DNA of 59,728 bases, filler included. It is 7 parts of 7 records of this genome, joined end to end, with 100 filler letters (N's around TTAATTAATTAA, not from the genome) between each part and the next. Parts side by side here need not be neighbours in the genome. Positions count along the whole stretch, not along the records: positions 1 to 9,387 come from SRR2962707_3032; positions 9,488 to 21,370 come from SRR2962707_3034; 5 more parts are not named here. The stretch is one strand, 5' to 3'. Under the pieces are notes generated by a model. It was not told the DNA's origin. It searched no databases and saw only the letters and a list, made by a program, of their open reading frames with translations. Shown here piece by piece: positions 1-10,027 of this stretch (positions are counted from its first letter, which is position 1; the number at the start of each line of letters is the position of its first letter). The position numbers and the translations under genes are program-made.

Positions 1-81
1 GCAGCGATGGATGTTCTTGCCGCTGTAGAGGTTGCTCAGAAAATCGTATACCGGGCCAATGTATTTGTATTTATCGCGCAT
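1..81 (-). CDS. 5' part of a protein, probably a class I SAM-dependent methyltransferase (runs off the window)
   Basis: Not in the ORF track. The minus strand from ATG at 81 reads MRDKYKYIGPVYDFLSNLYSGKNIHRC; the 'Y..I.P.YD' N-terminus is typical of UbiE-like methyltransferases. Confidence 0.5.
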   Translation of the reverse strand, partial: MRDKYKYIGPVYDFLSNLYSGKNIHRC

Positions 82-320
82 GGTGACTTCTGCCTGTCCA
101 TATCCTGGGGATGCTTCCATTCTTCTTGTGATTGTTGATTCACCGTCAGGTGAATTGAAGGAAGCGCCTGATGGATTTGAGCTTAGAGAAGCCGGTGGGG
201 GAATTATGTGCAGTACCGCGCATTTCCAGATACATAACGTAACGAACAGCAACACTTTGCAAACCAGATCAACATTTTAGATCTGACTGTCCGACAATGG
301 AGTATCGATAATGCGGTAGG

Positions 321-2522
321 TTAGAAAGCGACGGCGCGCGCCGGGGTATGTCCGAGGGTTTTGCCGATGACGTCTGCAGGCCGCGCCGGGCCGTAGAAGA
401 ATCCCTGAACCTGGTGGCATCCCAGGCTTTTGAGGTAGGTGAGCTGTTCGTCCGTTTCCACACCCTCCGCCACGATCTGAAGTTTCAGTCCATGGGCCAT
501 GGCGACAATGGCGTTTACAATACAGGCACCATCTTCGCCTCTGCGAATGGCTTTGACGAAGGACTGATCCACTTTCAGGGTGTGAATGGGCAGCCGGTGA
601 ATGTAGTTCAGGGAGGAGTAGCCGGTGCCGAAATCATCAATGGCAATTCTGACGCCCAATGACGCTAATTCCCGGAGTTTCTGACTGATCTGCTCAAGAT
701 CGTTCATGATCACGTTTTCAGTGATCTCGATTTCCAGGTTTTGGGGTGGGAAGCCGTGGGCCTGGAGTTGAGCCATCAGGGTCTCTACAAACCTTGGGTG
801 CTCCACCTGGACCGGGGACAGGTTTACGGCCAGTCGCAGGTCGCTGTGTCCTTCTCGAATCCACTGGCCGACATCATGGCAGGCCTGGTCGAGTACGCAT
901 TCACTGAGTTTGGCAATGAGTTTGGTTTCTTCCGCCAGCGGCAGGAAGTCCCGTGGATAGAGCAATCCCCTTTCCGGATGTTGCCAGCGCACCAGCGCTT
1001 CCAAACCCACCACGCGATTGCTCGAGGAACAGACTTGCGGCTGATAGAACACCCGCAACTCATCGCGCTCCAGTGCCATCCTAAGGTCTCTTTCCAGGCT
1101 CAGGCGGTTGGCCGTGTCAATGCTCATGCTCTCCGAGTAGAAGCGATAGCCATCCTTGCCCCGTGCTTTGACGTGATACATGGCAATGTCGGCGTTCTGG
1201 ATCAGTTGATCCATGGATTCGCCGGCTTCCGGGTAGGTGGCAATGCCAATGCTCACACCTACGAAAACTTCGTGTTCGCCCAGTTGGAAAGGCGCGCGCA
1301 AGGCCTTGATCAACTTCTTTGAAATCTGTCTTGCGTCCTCGTAACCGTGGATCGACGGCAACAGCAGAGTGAATTCATCGCCACCGAAGCGTGACAGGGT
1401 GTCCCCTTTGCGCAGACACCGTTCCAGTCGCTGTGTGACAGCCTGCAACAGGCGATCGCCCATGGCATGTCCCAGCGTGTCGTTGATAACCTTGAAGCGA
1501 TCAAGGTCCAGGAACATCACCGCCAGCTTCTGCTCACTGCGGCGCGCGTGGGTGATGGCCAGGTCGAGCCGGTCCTTGAACAGGGCGCGGTTTGGCAGTC
1601 GGGTCAACAAGTCGTGGTAGGCCTGGAAGTTGATAAAGGCTTCCGCTTCCTTACGCTCGGTCACATCGCGGGCAGTGCCGTAGTAGCGGGCCTCGCGACC
1701 ATTGTATTTGCCGTCGTCGTGAACGGTGTGGGGCCAGGTTTCCGGGTCAATCGGAAACGCGGTAATTTCAAAGTGTCGGGTGGCTTTGCGGCTGCCTCGG
1801 GTCTTGAGCCGAACTTCCAGTGTCCGGGGATTGTCGGCGCTGATATTCGGGCCTTTCAGGGCATAGGTTCCCCGGGCGATGTCCCGGTCATCCAGGATGT
1901 GGCGAAAGTGACGCCCGCACAGCTCAGCGGGTTGGTAGCCAAGCAGACTCTCAATCTTGCTGTTCACAAAACAGAAATGCCCGTCGCCATCGAGCATGAA
2001 AACGATATCGGGTGAGCTGTTGACGATGTAGCGATGCAGTTCCTCGGACTTTTCCAGGCGCATTCGTATGTGCTCGTGGGCGCGAAGCAGAGAACGCTTG
2101 CCGAGCACGCCGTCGACCGTTGCCAGCAGTTCTTCCGGGTCGAACGGTTTGCGGATATAGTCCAGTGCCCCCCGGCGCAGGGCGCGGCTGACGGCGCTGA
2201 ACGAGCTTTCACCGCTCACGACAATCACGCCACATTCTGGTTGTTCCGATGACAGGCGTTCCATCACACCGAATCCGTCCACATCGGGCATGCGAAGATC
2301 CAGCATTGCCAGGTCGAACGATTCGGTCTCAAGGATGCGACAGGCCATGCGCCCACCTTCCGCTTCGGTGACCTCGTACCCCTTGCTTCTGAGCAGTGAA
2401 GCAAGGCCGGAAAGCAGTCTCGGATCATCGTCGACGACCAGGATGCGCGCCTTTCCGTCGTCGCCGTAAGTCCACTCGGTGCTCGCAGGTTTCATGTCAG
2501 TAGCCCGTCGTTTCTTCGTCAT
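321..2522 (-). CDS. Response regulator diguanylate cyclase/phosphodiesterase (REC-PAS-GGDEF-EAL)
   Basis: REC (ILVVDDD, DLRMP, KPF), PAS (SSPD), RKGD I-site with GGDEF, and EAL/DDFGTGYSS/EGVE motifs, all intact. Confidence 0.95.
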   Translation of the reverse strand: MTKKRRATDMKPASTEWTYGDDGKARILVVDDDPRLLSGLASLLRSKGYEVTEAEGGRMACRILETESFDLAMLDLRMPDVDGFGVMERLSSEQPECGVIVVSGESSFSAVSRALRRGALDYIRKPFDPEELLATVDGVLGKRSLLRAHEHIRMRLEKSEELHRYIVNSSPDIVFMLDGDGHFCFVNSKIESLLGYQPAELCGRHFRHILDDRDIARGTYALKGPNISADNPRTLEVRLKTRGSRKATRHFEITAFPIDPETWPHTVHDDGKYNGREARYYGTARDVTERKEAEAFINFQAYHDLLTRLPNRALFKDRLDLAITHARRSEQKLAVMFLDLDRFKVINDTLGHAMGDRLLQAVTQRLERCLRKGDTLSRFGGDEFTLLLPSIHGYEDARQISKKLIKALRAPFQLGEHEVFVGVSIGIATYPEAGESMDQLIQNADIAMYHVKARGKDGYRFYSESMSIDTANRLSLERDLRMALERDELRVFYQPQVCSSSNRVVGLEALVRWQHPERGLLYPRDFLPLAEETKLIAKLSECVLDQACHDVGQWIREGHSDLRLAVNLSPVQVEHPRFVETLMAQLQAHGFPPQNLEIEITENVIMNDLEQISQKLRELASLGVRIAIDDFGTGYSSLNYIHRLPIHTLKVDQSFVKAIRRGEDGACIVNAIVAMAHGLKLQIVAEGVETDEQLTYLKSLGCHQVQGFFYGPARPADVIGKTLGHTPARAVAF

Positions 2523-4495
2523 TTTTCATCGTTTTTTTTATTTGCCGCCGCGGGAAACAGAATTCGGAATGCTGTCCCTCCGCGCCCCGTGCGGCAACTA
2601 ATGATGCCCTCCATGTCATCAATCAACTGTTTGACCACGCTCAGACCCAGGCCGCTATGGCCCTTGCCCTTGGTGGATTGAACCGGTGAAAACAAGTGTT
2701 TTCGGACCTCGTCGGGAATTCCATTACCGGTGTCCGCCACTTCCAGTTCCACCCAGGTTTTTCCGCTCTGCCAGACCGGTGCCTGTGTGTGAATAGCCAC
2801 TTCGCCACCGTCAACAAGGCATTCTGCCGCATTACGGACCAGGTTGATAACCACCTGCCGGATGACCGCACCGGGCACGGTAACATCGGTGGGGTCCGCG
2901 CACAGGTCAAGCTCCAGCGCCATGTCGTCGCCGCTGAACAGGCTGTCTTCCAGCAAGTCCCGCAGAATTCTCAGTTCGTCATTAAGATTGCAGACGCCGG
3001 TCGGGTTTGCTGCATCATGGCCCGGACCCCGGCTGATCTGCAACAGGAGATCCCCCGCGCGATCGAGTTCGTCACGTATGACGTCCAGCTCTTCCTGTAC
3101 TTCGTCATCATCCAGCCGGTTCCGTAGCTGATAGATATATTGCCGGATGATGGTCAGCGGGTTGCTCACCTCATGGACCTGGCGACGAATGGCCTGTCGG
3201 GCCAGTTCCGACTCCATACTGTCCTGGGTACCACTATTGGCTAGCGTGGCAGTGACGGCGTCAGACAGTTTGGCGCTGAACAGGCGACCGATTTCTTCTG
3301 TCTGACCGGAACTGTCATGGTCGGTACCGACGACAAAGACGCCAGCACATTGATCTTCCCCCCGAACGGGAATAGCCACCAGAGAAGGGGTTTTCAAGAG
3401 AGAAAGCAGCTGGCGGTCCAGCACAGTCGTTGTGCGGTCACCAAGACACAGGGCGGTGCCGCTGCTGTAGGCCTCGGTCAACACGCTGGTGGCCGGCCCG
3501 CTGGCAACTGTAAGGTCAGGAGTATCGCCGTTGCTGGCGGATAGCAGTGTCAGCCCGTCTCCGGCCTGGCCAAAATACAGTGCCGGCAGGCCGGTGATCA
3601 GTGTCAGGCTGGTGACGGTTGAGGCCAGACTCTCCTGGGCACTGCCGCGAATCGGCGACAGTTCCAGCGCCTGGCTGGCCATGGCCTGTTTCAGTATGGT
3701 CTGTTTGAGTTTGTGGTTGGAATGGCGGGCGTCGTAGTCTTCCGATAGCGGAATGCCCAGTGACTCGGCCACGCCGCTCACTTCCTGGTCGATCCTGCGG
3801 TTGATCTCTCGCGTGAGCTCTTCATTGAGCCCAAAAATGGTCCCCGCCGCCGCAATGCCCGCCGCGTCCGAGAGTGCCAGGCGCGTTGCCAGACTGATCA
3901 GTTTGACCAGGTGCCCGGCATCCTGTATTTCCGTTGGCATGGCCTGCTGATAGCGCATAGCGTCAACCGCCATGGGGCCCAGCCCCCATGAATTGACCAG
4001 TTCGGCAGCAATATCGGACTGGTGGTCAAAGTAGTATTGCTGGGTTTCTCCAGGCGGTGTTTTCAGTGCGATCAGCTCGCCTACGTTGTGCAACATACCC
4101 AGCATGAACGCCTGGTCGGGTTCGGGGTAGCGGGTCAGTGTTGCCAGAGCCCTGGCCGTCAGGGCGGTGGTCAGGGAATGGCGCCAGAAGTCCCGCAGCT
4201 GTTGCCACTGGTCTGCCCCGAGTTCGTAAAGAATCTGGCGCAGTGCAGCAGTCAGAACCAGGGTGTGAAAACGTCGGGTTCCCAGCCGGAGCAGGGCCTG
4301 GTCAATGGAACGTATTTGCGAGGTGGGGCCGTACAGTGCCGAGTTGGCGAGGGCGAGAACGCGAGTGACCAGAGCGGTGTCGGCAGACACAATGTCACTT
4401 ATTCGGCGATAGTTTTCATCCTGATGGCAGGCCTCAAGCGCCCGAAGGGTAACCTCCGGGAGACTCGGTAGCTGTATGTCAGGGGCAATCTGCAT
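2519..4495 (-). CDS. HDOD-domain sensor histidine kinase (HDOD-GAF-like-HisKA-HATPase)
   Basis: HDOD motifs LPSLP, LANSALY, FWRHS, GMLHNVG; H-box HEVSNPL; N-box NLVRNA; DTGNG and GSGLGL. Overlaps the downstream gene by 4 nt. Confidence 0.92.
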   Translation of the reverse strand: MQIAPDIQLPSLPEVTLRALEACHQDENYRRISDIVSADTALVTRVLALANSALYGPTSQIRSIDQALLRLGTRRFHTLVLTAALRQILYELGADQWQQLRDFWRHSLTTALTARALATLTRYPEPDQAFMLGMLHNVGELIALKTPPGETQQYYFDHQSDIAAELVNSWGLGPMAVDAMRYQQAMPTEIQDAGHLVKLISLATRLALSDAAGIAAAGTIFGLNEELTREINRRIDQEVSGVAESLGIPLSEDYDARHSNHKLKQTILKQAMASQALELSPIRGSAQESLASTVTSLTLITGLPALYFGQAGDGLTLLSASNGDTPDLTVASGPATSVLTEAYSSGTALCLGDRTTTVLDRQLLSLLKTPSLVAIPVRGEDQCAGVFVVGTDHDSSGQTEEIGRLFSAKLSDAVTATLANSGTQDSMESELARQAIRRQVHEVSNPLTIIRQYIYQLRNRLDDDEVQEELDVIRDELDRAGDLLLQISRGPGHDAANPTGVCNLNDELRILRDLLEDSLFSGDDMALELDLCADPTDVTVPGAVIRQVVINLVRNAAECLVDGGEVAIHTQAPVWQSGKTWVELEVADTGNGIPDEVRKHLFSPVQSTKGKGHSGLGLSVVKQLIDDMEGIISCRTGRGGTAFRILFPAAANKKNDEK

Positions 4496-4814
4496 AGGCC
4501 TGCCTGTGTAACGCGCCAGATATTTCGTTAGTATCTGACGACTTGTTCATAAACATTAACCCGATGGAGCTTAGTCAATAACCTGCATTTATTAAACAGT
4601 TATTGGTCCTTTTTTAAGCAGAGTATTACCCGTGTTGTGATGTGTGTAAACTTTTTACAGGTTAAATGTCGCAAAACCGTCCATGATCGGGCATTCAACC
4701 CGTCTCTTTTTGTCTACAGTTAGAACTCCGTCCGGGTTACACTTTGACACAGTACTCAAATTTTACCCGGATCACGTGTCAGTCGACGGACAAGACAGCG
4801 CCTATTAAGCATTC

Positions 4815-6128
4815 ATGACCGATTCCCGCACTTCCAGGCACATTCCGAAGCAACCCAGAACACTGGCCATAACCGGTGGCAAAGGTGGCGTCGGAAAAAC
4901 ATCGGTGGCACTGAACCTTTCCCTGACCCTTGCGCGAGAGGGTTACAGAGTATTGTTGCTGGATGGTGACACGGATCTGGCTAATGTCAGTATCATGCTG
5001 GGCCGGTATCCGGAGCGCACCCTGGCCAACGTAATGGCCGGTGAGTGCTCTCTCCGCGACGTGATTATGGAAGCGGAGTGGGGTTTGCACATCATTCCCG
5101 GCGCCTCGGGAGTTGAACAATGTGTGGATATGGCCGCTGAAGAAAGCCTGCGTGTTCTCAAGGCGTTGTCGAGGCTGGAGAAAAACTACGACTACGTGAT
5201 CACAGACACGGCCTCGGGTTTGCAGAAGACCGGCATGCACATGATTGCGGCGGCGGAACTGGCCTGCGTCGTGGTCACGCCAGACCCTGCATCGCTGACC
5301 GATGCCTTCTCCCTGATAAAACTTCTGATTCGTCGTGGCTACCGAAGGACGCCGAGCGTGTTGGTGAACATGGCCCAGGGTGCAAGTCAGGCTCGATCCG
5401 TGTTTCAGCGCCTTGATGCTGCTGCAGTTCGGCACCTGGGGTTGCAGTTGCATTACCTGGGTGCGATCTGGCGTGACGAAACCTTGCGCCAGTCAGTGAT
5501 GAATCAACGCCCTGTGGCACTGTTGCCGGCTTCTGATCCGTCCAGCCGTCAATTCCGAACATTGGCTGACATGCTGAACGTGCGGCTGCGCCAGTTGCCG
5601 CCGCGAAAGGCGGGGATTGCGGCGTATTGGCACCGGGTGTCGTCCGGCCCAGCGGATACGGCGCCTGCGTCCGGCGGTGGCCAGGCAAAAGCACCAAAAG
5701 ACCCGGCCCAGGAATGCAAGCGGCTGACAGCAGAGCTCGGTGAAATACTGGCTGACAGCAATGATAAGCCGCTGCTGCGTTATGAAGCGTTTCAGGGGCT
5801 CTTTGCACTGTTAGGGCGCAGAATGGATGCAGATGCCATTGAGATTATCCAGACCGGTTTAGCCTCTCTCAATTGGGACAAACTGGAAAAGGAACAACGA
5901 GAACATATGGCGACTCATCTTCGCCATCTCGCTGCAGAAGTTGACCCTGCGGCAGTTCCCCGTAAGGCGGAAGCAATAGTAAATAAGCCAGAGCGGGAGC
6001 CGTACTACGACCGTATCAGTTTTGGTGAACAAAGCCGGTTGATTCGGGCGCTTAAGGAGCAGCCGTCCAATATCTCCCTGGATCAGCTTCTACGCTCGCT
6101 GGCGGACACCGACAAGAACGGTTCCTGA
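4815..6128 (+). CDS. MinD/FlhG(FleN)-family ATPase with long C-terminal extension
   Basis: Deviant Walker A GGKGGVGKT, LLDGDTDLAN, IIPGASG, DTASG and TPDPASLTDA (FlhG-type), plus about 165 extra C-terminal residues. Confidence 0.88.
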   Translation: MTDSRTSRHIPKQPRTLAITGGKGGVGKTSVALNLSLTLAREGYRVLLLDGDTDLANVSIMLGRYPERTLANVMAGECSLRDVIMEAEWGLHIIPGASGVEQCVDMAAEESLRVLKALSRLEKNYDYVITDTASGLQKTGMHMIAAAELACVVVTPDPASLTDAFSLIKLLIRRGYRRTPSVLVNMAQGASQARSVFQRLDAAAVRHLGLQLHYLGAIWRDETLRQSVMNQRPVALLPASDPSSRQFRTLADMLNVRLRQLPPRKAGIAAYWHRVSSGPADTAPASGGGQAKAPKDPAQECKRLTAELGEILADSNDKPLLRYEAFQGLFALLGRRMDADAIEIIQTGLASLNWDKLEKEQREHMATHLRHLAAEVDPAAVPRKAEAIVNKPEREPYYDRISFGEQSRLIRALKEQPSNISLDQLLRSLADTDKNGS

Positions 6129-6353
6129 GCGCCTTTTATCCGGTTTCTCTCCATTCCTTTTTTTTGCATTTAGTCACCTTATTTTATGGTCATTTTATTG
6201 ATGCAATTTGTAGCGTAACTTTGCTCTATGTCACCGCACTGTCATTCGGTCTGTGCAAAAATCAGCCTTATTCCCGGAATCGTGGCCCGCAAAATGCAGT
6301 AAAACCCACTGCATTTGATGGCTACACAGTGAATTTGAGAAGGAGTTCTCGCC

Positions 6354-7892
6354 ATGGCAACACAGCAGCAACAGAATGGAGCGTCAGCGTCCGGTGTTCT
6401 TGAGCAACTACGTGGTAAACACGTGTTGATCACCGGCACCACCGGGTTTCTTGGTAAGGTGGTACTGGAAAAACTGATTCGCACGGTGCCGGATATTGGC
6501 GGGATCCATCTGCTTATCCGCGGTAACAAAAGGCATCCGGCAGCGCGGGAACGATTTCTCAATGAGATCGCGAGTTCTTCCGTGTTCGAGCGCCTTAGGC
6601 ACGATGACAACGAGGCGTTCGAAAGCTTTCTTGAGGAACGCGTTCATTGCATCACCGGCGAAGTGACTGAACCCCGTTTTGGGCTTACGCAGGAGCGGTT
6701 CCGTGCTCTTGCCGGGCAGGTCGATGCGTTTATCAATTCCGCAGCCAGCGTAAATTTCCGGGAGGAGCTCGATAAGGCGCTGAAGATCAATACCCTTTGC
6801 CTCGAGAACGTTGCCGCTCTGGCGGAGCTCAACAGCACTATGGCGGTCATCCAGGTATCCACCTGCTACGTCAACGGAAAAAATTCCGGTCAGATCACGG
6901 AGTCCGTTATCAAGCCGGCGGGAGAGTCTATCCCCCGCAGCACCGACGGATACTATGAAACGGAAGAGCTTGTACACCTTCTGCAGGACAAGATCTCCGA
7001 CGTGAAGGCCCGATACTCCGGCAAAGTGCTTGAGAAAAAGCTCGTGGACCTGGGTATTCGCGAGGCCAACAACTACGGCTGGAGCGACACCTACACGTTT
7101 ACCAAATGGCTGGGTGAGCAACTCCTGATGAAAGCCCTTTCCGGGCGCTCACTCACAATTGTTCGCCCTTCCATCATTGAAAGTGCACTGGAAGAACCCT
7201 CGCCGGGATGGATTGAAGGTGTGAAGGTGGCGGATGCGATCATACTTGCCTACGCCCGTGAGAAGGTCTCCCTGTTTCCCGGCAAACGCAGCGGTATTAT
7301 CGACGTGATTCCGGTGGACCTGGTGGCCAACAGCATTATCCTGTCCCTGGCTGAAGCCATTTCCGAGCCTGGGCATCGCCGCATCTATCAATGCTGCAGT
7401 GGCGGTTCAAACCCAATTTCGCTGGGCACGTTCATTGACTACCTGATGGCCGAAGCCAAGTCCAACTATGCAGCGTATGACCAGTTGTTCTATCGACGGC
7501 CCACGAAACCGTTTGTGGCGGTCAATCGCAAGCTGTTTGATGTTGTGGTTGGCGGGATGCGCGTGCCGTTGTCCATCGCTGGCAAGGCACTGAGGCTGGC
7601 TGGCCAGAACCGTGAGCTAAAGGTTCTCAAAAACCTCGATACCACGCGTTCACTCGCCACCATCTTTGGTTTCTACACTGCACCGGATTACATCTTCCGT
7701 AACGATTCGCTGATGGCCCTGGCTTCCCGCATGGGTGAACTGGATCGTGTCCTGTTCCCGGTGGATGCACGCCAGATCGACTGGCAGCTGTACCTGTGCA
7801 AGATCCACCTCGGAGGTCTTAACCGTTACGCTCTCAAGGAGAGGAAACTGTACAGCCTGCGGGCTGCCCAGACCCGCAAGAAAGCCGCCTGA
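6354..7892 (+). CDS. far: Fatty alcohol-forming fatty acyl-CoA reductase (Maqu_2220-type FAR)
   Basis: TGTTGFLGKV Rossmann motif, YTFTK catalytic motif, IVRPSII and a C-terminal Sterile/FAR_C domain; closely resembles the Marinobacter FAR as recalled. Confidence 0.93.
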   Translation: MATQQQQNGASASGVLEQLRGKHVLITGTTGFLGKVVLEKLIRTVPDIGGIHLLIRGNKRHPAARERFLNEIASSSVFERLRHDDNEAFESFLEERVHCITGEVTEPRFGLTQERFRALAGQVDAFINSAASVNFREELDKALKINTLCLENVAALAELNSTMAVIQVSTCYVNGKNSGQITESVIKPAGESIPRSTDGYYETEELVHLLQDKISDVKARYSGKVLEKKLVDLGIREANNYGWSDTYTFTKWLGEQLLMKALSGRSLTIVRPSIIESALEEPSPGWIEGVKVADAIILAYAREKVSLFPGKRSGIIDVIPVDLVANSIILSLAEAISEPGHRRIYQCCSGGSNPISLGTFIDYLMAEAKSNYAAYDQLFYRRPTKPFVAVNRKLFDVVVGGMRVPLSIAGKALRLAGQNRELKVLKNLDTTRSLATIFGFYTAPDYIFRNDSLMALASRMGELDRVLFPVDARQIDWQLYLCKIHLGGLNRYALKERKLYSLRAAQTRKKAA

Positions 7893-7920
7893 CACCCGGT
7901 CAGTCGGCTGTCCTTTCTAC

Positions 7921-7946
7921 CCGTCCCCCCGGTTCCCGGGGGGCGG
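7921..7946 (+). terminator. Strong GC hairpin downstream of far (no U-tract)
   Basis: ccgtccccccgg-ttc-ccggggggcgg inverted repeat. Confidence 0.4.
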
Positions 7947-8055
7947 AAGCTCACTTGTTGTTTCCGCTGGCGGGTCTATCCTTTAGGGCAGGCTCCAGAA
8001 CATAGGGTCACCCCTCGTGAGACCGTCATTCTAGCTAAAAGTGCTGGCGGATTGG

Positions 8056-8065
8056 GACGTTAGTC
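8056..8065. promoter_or_regulatory. Putative CrbR/ErdR-type palindrome GAC-N4-GTC upstream of acs
   Basis: gacgttagtc, about 130 nt upstream of the acs start; this motif type is described for acs promoters under CrbS/R control. Confidence 0.4.
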
Positions 8066-8191
8066 TAATTCATTGTTCACTGGCACGCGTGTTGAACTAT
8101 GGGTATCCGTCTTCAGGGCTTTTTTGCCCGTCACGCTCTTTATTAAATAACCGATAATGACAACAGACTCTGACTAATAAGGGGGAGCACA

Positions 8192-9387
8192 ATGACTGAT
8201 AAACAGGTTTATCCGGTAAGTCCGGACGTGGCCAAACGGGCCCTGCTAAACCGGGATCAGTACGAGAAGATGTACCAACAGTCGGTGAATGACCCGGAGA
8301 CCTTCTGGGCTGAACACGGCAAGCGACTGGACTGGATCAAGCCCTTCTCGAAGGTGAAAAATACCACCTACGACTACGACAACCTATCCATCAAATGGTT
8401 TGAAGACGGCCAACTGAACGCCGCCGCTAACTGCCTGGACCGTCACCTGGAAAAGCGCGGTGATCAGACGGCCATCATTTTCGAGGGCGACGCCCCGGCC
8501 GATTCCCGCAACGTGACCTACCGCGAACTGTACGAAGAAACCTGTAAGTTCGCGAACGTTCTGAAAGATCAGGGCGTCAAGAAGGGCGATGTTGTCACTA
8601 TCTACATGCCCATGATTGTTGAAACGGGTGTTGCCATGCTGGCCTGTGCCCGCATCGGCGCTATCCATTCTGTTGTCTTCGGCGGGTTTTCTCCGGAAGC
8701 ACTGGGTGCCCGGATTGCTAATGGTAAATCCCGATTCGTGGTAACGGCTGATGAAGGTGTCCGCGGCGGCCGCAAGATTCCTCTCAAGAAAAACGTCGAC
8801 GCTGCGTTGAGTAAGGAAGCCGGCGCAGATGTGGACAAGGTTATCGTGGTCAAGCGTACCGGCGGTGATGTGCCCTGGAAAGACGGTCGTGACGAGAGTT
8901 ACGAGGAGCTGATGAAGGGCGCGTCCACGGATTGCCCTGCAGAACCCATGAACGCCGAAGATCCGCTGTTCATGCTGTACACCTCCGGCTCCACTGGCGC
9001 CCCGAAAGGCGTATTGCATACCACCGGTGGCTACATGGTCTTTACCTCCATGACCCACGAATACGTCTTCGATTACCACGATGGCGACGTCTACTGGTGT
9101 ACGGCGGACTTTGGCTGGGTCACCGGTCACAGCTACATTCTGTACGGCCCGCTTGCCAATGGTGCTGTTACCGTCCTGTTTGAAGGTGTACCCAACTACC
9201 CGGATACCTCCCGTATGGGTCAGGTGGTGGACAAGCACAAGGTCAATATCCTGTACACCGCACCTACCGCCATCCGTGCCTTGATGGCCGAAGGTGAGTC
9301 CTGCATGAACGGCACCACCCGCGACAGTTTGCGCCTGCTGGGTTCGGTGGGTGAGCCGATCAACCCGGAAGCCTGGGAGTGGTACCA
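8192..9387 (+). CDS. acs: Acetyl-CoA synthetase (3' truncated at contig end)
   Basis: [24 protein letters not shown] and [14 protein letters not shown] motifs; RBS ggggag. Confidence 0.96.
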
Positions 9388-9487
9388 NNNNNNNNNNNNN
9401 NNNNNNNNNNNNNNNNNNNNNNNNNNNNNNNTTAATTAATTAANNNNNNNNNNNNNNNNNNNNNNNNNNNNNNNNNNNNNNNNNNNN
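9388..9487. other. Artificial contig linker
   Basis: N-run + TTAATTAATTAA (stops in all six frames) + N-run, 100 nt. Confidence 0.98.
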
Positions 9488-9495
9488 CCCTGCCC

Positions 9496-9885
9496 TCACC
9501 CGTCCGTGAAGCTGTCGATGAAGGCGTTGACGGCGGCGATGGCGGTGCGCATGCGGGTCATGACGTCGCTGCGGTCGGCGTCTGCCGGGAGCTGCTCTGC
9601 TTCTTCGGCGAGGTCGCCGAGCGCCCAGGCGCCGAGGCCGCGCGCGGAGCCTTTCAGGCTGTGGGCGGCGTTCTTCCATTCCTTGTCGTCCAGCGCATCG
9701 TCGAGACGGGCGAGGTAGACATCGGCCTGGTTGCGGAAGAGACCGAGCAGCTCGTTTTCGAGCGAACGGTTGCCGAGCGTGTATTTGGAGAGGTGAACGA
9801 GATCGATGGCGCGGCGGCTACCGGGAGACGCGGTGCCCGTCACGGGCGCATCCGCCGCCTGCATGCTCATTGCCGAAACTCTCAT
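9496..9885 (-). CDS. Stand-alone Hpt (histidine phosphotransfer) protein
   Basis: AHSLKGSARGLGA Hpt motif and IDLVHLSKYTLGN N-terminus. Confidence 0.9.
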   Translation of the reverse strand: MRVSAMSMQAADAPVTGTASPGSRRAIDLVHLSKYTLGNRSLENELLGLFRNQADVYLARLDDALDDKEWKNAAHSLKGSARGLGAWALGDLAEEAEQLPADADRSDVMTRMRTAIAAVNAFIDSFTDG

Positions 9886-10008
9886 GCCACTACTCCGCTA
9901 CCTGAATCGTTCGGGACAATTTTACGGACCGGACGATACCGATTCGTTAAAGCCTGCATTTGCGGCACTTTCCGGGCACGCGGGCGCGGCAGCGGCGGCA
10001 TTGTGTTT

Positions 10009-10027
10009 ATGGTTAATGGTGTTTAAA
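10009..10027 (-). promoter_or_regulatory. Putative CtrA binding site between divergent hpt and polar-protein genes
   Basis: Minus strand reads TTTA-N7-TTAACCAT (near-consensus full site containing a perfect TTAACCAT half-site) in an AT-rich patch. Confidence 0.55.

Noticed and set aside
4779-5453. 224-aa ORF antisense to the FlhG-like gene
   Set aside because: Overlaps a well-supported gene and has no motifs.
8081-8096. sigma54 promoter upstream of acs (TGGCAC-N5-TTGAA)
   Set aside because: The -12 GC dinucleotide is GA; too weak to call.
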